NCBI GenBank assembly: GCA_036518995.1
Contig: DATDMC010000096.1
Span: 6-64,005 of the forward strand
Reading direction: 5' to 3'
Length of the DNA stretch: 64,000 nt
DNA from: Pyrinomonadaceae bacterium
GTDB lineage: Bacteria; Acidobacteriota; Blastocatellia; Pyrinomonadales; Pyrinomonadaceae
The notes beneath the pieces are model-generated. The model was not told the origin of the DNA. It searched no databases and saw only the letters and a list, made by a program, of their open reading frames with translations. A program made the translations under genes and the position numbers. Positions 61,014 through 64,000 of this stretch are shown here, piece by piece (positions within the stretch are counted from its first letter, which is position 1; every line of letters starts with the position of its first letter).

Positions 61014-61229
61014 GCTTTGCCCCGAAGGGGCAACGACCAAAAGCCCAGGGTTACCGCTTCGGCTACCCTGGGGACGGCGGTACAGAGGTTTATCAACGCA
61101 ACGCGGTTACGTCATCGAGTTTCAACCATCGCAACCGCGTTGCGGTTGGTAAGGATTAGGCAATCTTACCCAGGGTAGCCGAAGCGGCAACCCTGGGCTT
61201 CGTTGCGTAGCCCCTTCGGGCAACTTTGC
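61014..61229. repeat. Family F-like nested palindrome (variant arms)
   Basis: gctttgccccgaaggggcaacgaccaaaagcccagggttaccgcttcggctaccctgggg ... cccagggtagccgaagcggcaaccctgggcttcgttgcgtagccccttcgggcaactttgc. Inner pair aacgcaacgcggtt / aaccgcgttgcggtt. Confidence 0.85.
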
Positions 61230-61341
61230 TTCGTCAAATATATGATTTACCGTTAAACGGTTCGGTGGACATAGAAGCCACTTTAGATCCCAAGCTGAAG
61301 CTTGGAAAGAATGAGAGGAGTTTGCGAAAGGCTCTATAGTT

Positions 61342-61692
61342 ATGCCCAGGCAGGATTTTGAGGACGCTCCGGTTGTTATTGAAAAAGCCGAGAGCAAGAC
61401 TAAGTTGCAGCGTCCACCGTTGTATAAGGTGTTGCTGCACAACGACGACTTCACGACGATGGAGTTTGTCATCTTCGTTCTGCAAATGGTTTTTGGACAC
61501 GGAGCAAGCGAAGCAGTTCGCATCATGCTGAACGTGCACAAAAAAGGAATTGGCATGGCGGGCGTTTATACTTATGAAGTCGCCGAGATGAAAGTCGCCA
61601 AAGTTACCGAACTCGCGCAGGCCAATGAATATCCTTTGCTCTGCACGATGGAGGAAGACGAACCAGCAGGTTATAGTCAAGATTCAAACTAA
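61342..61692 (+). CDS. clpS: ATP-dependent Clp protease adaptor ClpS
   Basis: 116 aa. PPLYKVLLHNDDFTTMEFV ... VHKKGIGMAGVYTYEVAE. Confidence 0.9.
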   Translation: MPRQDFEDAPVVIEKAESKTKLQRPPLYKVLLHNDDFTTMEFVIFVLQMVFGHGASEAVRIMLNVHKKGIGMAGVYTYEVAEMKVAKVTELAQANEYPLLCTMEEDEPAGYSQDSN

Positions 61693-63926
61693 TGATTACC
61701 AAAGAACTGGAAAAAACATTGAGTGCCGCAATTGAGCTGGCGAGTGATCGTCAGCACGAATATGTCACTCTCGAACACCTGCTTTTTGCGTTGCTTCACG
61801 ACAACACGGCGCGTGATGTCATCTACAACTGTGGCGGCAATCTCGAAACTCTCAGAAAAGAGCTCGAACTATTTTTTAACGATCACACAGAATTATTTAA
61901 ACCGTTTCTCGGCGATGAACCGGAGCAGACCATCGCTTTTAAGAGCGTGTTGCAATATGCGATCTTGCAGGCCCAGGCGAGTGAGCAGAAGGAAGTGAAC
62001 GGCGGGAACATACTCGCGGCAATGTTCAATGCAACTGGTTCACACGCGGTCTATCTACTCAATCGACAAGGTGTGACCAAACTTGCGGTGCTCAAATATC
62101 TGTCACACGGCATTTCGGCAAACGGTGAAGAACCTGTTGGTAGTGATCCGAATCTGGAAGCTGAAGGCGATGCGCCACCAGTCAGAGATCCATTGAAAGC
62201 TTTTACGGTGAACCTGATCGAGCGCGCGGCTGCGGGACAAATCGATCCACTAATTGGACGCGCGGCAGAGTTACAACGCACGATTCAAATTCTATGTCGT
62301 CGTCGAAAAAATAATCCTGTTTATGTTGGTGAACCCGGAGTGGGGAAGACTGCGATTGCCGAAGGACTGGCACTTAGAATTCATCAAGGTGAAGTTCCGG
62401 AAGTGCTGCGTTCGGCGACAGTGTATGCGTTAGACATGGGCGCAGTGCTCGCCGGCACAAAATATCGTGGTGAATTTGAGCAACGCTTTAAAGGCGTAAT
62501 TGCCGCGCTGCAGAAGATCGAAGGTTCGATTCTTTTTATTGACGAAATTCATACGATTGTAGGCGCGGGTGCTGTGAGCGGTGGATCGATGGACGCGTCG
62601 AATATCCTGAAACCGGCGCTTGCTTCAGGTGAGTTGCGCTGCATTGGTTCGACTACCTACAGCGAGTACAAGGCCTCGTTCGAACGCGATCGCGCCCTCG
62701 CCCGTCGCTTTCAAAAGATCGAAGTGCCGGAGACTACAGTTGCTGAGACCGTTGAAATACTCAACGGATTGAAGAGTTATTACGAAGAGTATCACGGCGT
62801 TGAATACAGTCCTGAGGCGCTGCAGGTTGCGGCCGAGATGTCGGCGAAATACATGCACGATCGGTTTCTGCCGGACAAAGCTATCGACGTGCTTGATGAA
62901 GCGGGCGCAGCGTTGAAGTTGTTGGCGAATCAGGAGAAGAAGATTGTCAGTGCGCGCGACATCGAAATCGTGATCGCGCGCATGGCCAAGATTCCCGAGA
63001 AGACTGTAGTTAGTTCAGAGAAAGTCAGGCTGGCTGAACTCGATGGTAAGTTGAAAGGCGTCATCTTTGGTCAGGACCATGCGATCGATCAGGTTGTACG
63101 CGCGATCAAGTTGTCGCGGTCTGGTTTGGGCCAACCGGAGAAACCTGTTGGCTGTTTTCTTTTCTCTGGTCCAACCGGCGTCGGTAAGACCGAGTTAGCA
63201 AAACAGATCGCTGTGATTCTCGGAGTTGAGTTTATTCGCTTCGACATGAGCGAATATGCGGAAAGTCATACCGTGTCGCGCTTGATCGGCGCGCCGCCGG
63301 GATATGTTGGTTTCGATCAGGGCGGGCTGTTAACCGATGCAATCACCCGGACGCCTTACGCGGTTCTCGTCCTCGATGAAATTGAAAAAGCGCATCCCAA
63401 TCTTTTCAACATTCTGCTTCAGGTGATGGACCATGCGACGCTTACCGATAACAACGGCAAGAAGGCCGACTTCCGCAACGTCATTCTGATCATGACGACC
63501 AACGCCGGAGCCCGAGAGATCAGTGCGGGCGGGATTGGTTTTCAAAAGGACCAGGGCAAAGGACACGGGCGAGGCGCCATTGAACGAACGTTTAGTCCTG
63601 AGTTTCGCAATCGGCTCGATGCGTGGATTGCCTTCAACCCGTTGGCGACGAACGTGATCGAACAGATCGTTGATAAGTTTATCGGCGAGCTTAACGCGCA
63701 ACTGCAGGAGAAGAACGTAGTTGTTAAGCTGACTGAAGCAGCTCGCTTATGGTTAGCGCGTCGAGGCTATGATCGATTGCTCGGCGCGCGTCCTATGGCG
63801 CGCTTGATCCAGGCAAAGATCAAAGAACCGCTGGCTGAGAAGATTTTGTTTGGCAGCGAAACGTTTAGCGGAGAAGTTTTGATAGATGAAGCCAACGACG
63901 AGCTCGTACTTCATTTTTCAGATTAG
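61692..63926 (+). CDS. clpA: ATP-dependent Clp protease ATP-binding subunit ClpA
   Basis: TAATG overlap with clpS. Clp N-domain, two AAA+ modules (GEPGVGKT and GPTGVGKT Walker A), no ClpB middle domain. 744 aa. Confidence 0.9.
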   Translation: MITKELEKTLSAAIELASDRQHEYVTLEHLLFALLHDNTARDVIYNCGGNLETLRKELELFFNDHTELFKPFLGDEPEQTIAFKSVLQYAILQAQASEQKEVNGGNILAAMFNATGSHAVYLLNRQGVTKLAVLKYLSHGISANGEEPVGSDPNLEAEGDAPPVRDPLKAFTVNLIERAAAGQIDPLIGRAAELQRTIQILCRRRKNNPVYVGEPGVGKTAIAEGLALRIHQGEVPEVLRSATVYALDMGAVLAGTKYRGEFEQRFKGVIAALQKIEGSILFIDEIHTIVGAGAVSGGSMDASNILKPALASGELRCIGSTTYSEYKASFERDRALARRFQKIEVPETTVAETVEILNGLKSYYEEYHGVEYSPEALQVAAEMSAKYMHDRFLPDKAIDVLDEAGAALKLLANQEKKIVSARDIEIVIARMAKIPEKTVVSSEKVRLAELDGKLKGVIFGQDHAIDQVVRAIKLSRSGLGQPEKPVGCFLFSGPTGVGKTELAKQIAVILGVEFIRFDMSEYAESHTVSRLIGAPPGYVGFDQGGLLTDAITRTPYAVLVLDEIEKAHPNLFNILLQVMDHATLTDNNGKKADFRNVILIMTTNAGAREISAGGIGFQKDQGKGHGRGAIERTFSPEFRNRLDAWIAFNPLATNVIEQIVDKFIGELNAQLQEKNVVVKLTEAARLWLARRGYDRLLGARPMARLIQAKIKEPLAEKILFGSETFSGEVLIDEANDELVLHFSD

Positions 63927-63930
63927 CATC

Positions 63931-63967
63931 GCTCTTCTGTCGGAGCGCGGTCGTCTCGGCCGCCCCT
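63931..63967. repeat. Family E half-element just downstream of clpA (probably continues beyond the window)
   Basis: gctcttctgtcggagcgcggtcgtctcggccgcccct matches 28351-28388 and 5681-5719. Confidence 0.7.
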
Positions 63968-64000
63968 TCGCGTCTATTTGGTCCTATGGTCGATGGGGCG

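Overview
This is a 64-kb chromosomal window of roughly 50% G+C (by eye). The gene content fits an Acidobacteriota, Blastocatellia-like soil bacterium. That placement is an inference from two TIGR03436-type VWA paralogs, a tricorn-like protease, and a giant SBBP/FG-GAP/DUF4214 surface protein. I call 44 protein-coding genes and one tRNA-Ser(UGA). I see no rRNA, true CRISPR array, transposase, integrase or phage genes. Several six-frame ORFs run into intergenic repeats at their 5' ends; I trimmed these to internal starts that have an RBS and a signal peptide.

Gene content:
- Housekeeping: ygfZ-like, UDG, clpS-clpA, trxC, enoyl-CoA hydratase.
- Redox/oxidative-stress cluster: di-haem cytochrome c peroxidase, Fe/Mn SOD, PuuD-like membrane protein, 2Fe-2S ferredoxin, and further along DoxX and TrxC.
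- Secreted peptidases: tricorn-like S41, M13, M61, and an HExxH protein.
- A TolC-MFP-RND efflux operon.
- A vapBC toxin-antitoxin pair wedged between the two VWA paralogs.
- A translationally coupled secreted TPR-CHAT protease plus transmembrane Ser/Thr kinase-WD40 pair.
- A secreted protein plus stand-alone CHASE2 pair.
- A 2125-aa mosaic surface protein.

The most unusual property is non-genic. Almost every intergenic gap holds an imperfect palindrome from at least ten unrelated REP/BIME-like families. Heptanucleotide tandem arrays also abut stop codons. Some repeat units are embedded in frame in coding 5' ends, or donate stop codons.

Best candidates for an undescribed system are the CHAT/kinase-WD40 module and the repeat system itself. 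Functional claims for both are inferences from sequence motifs only.
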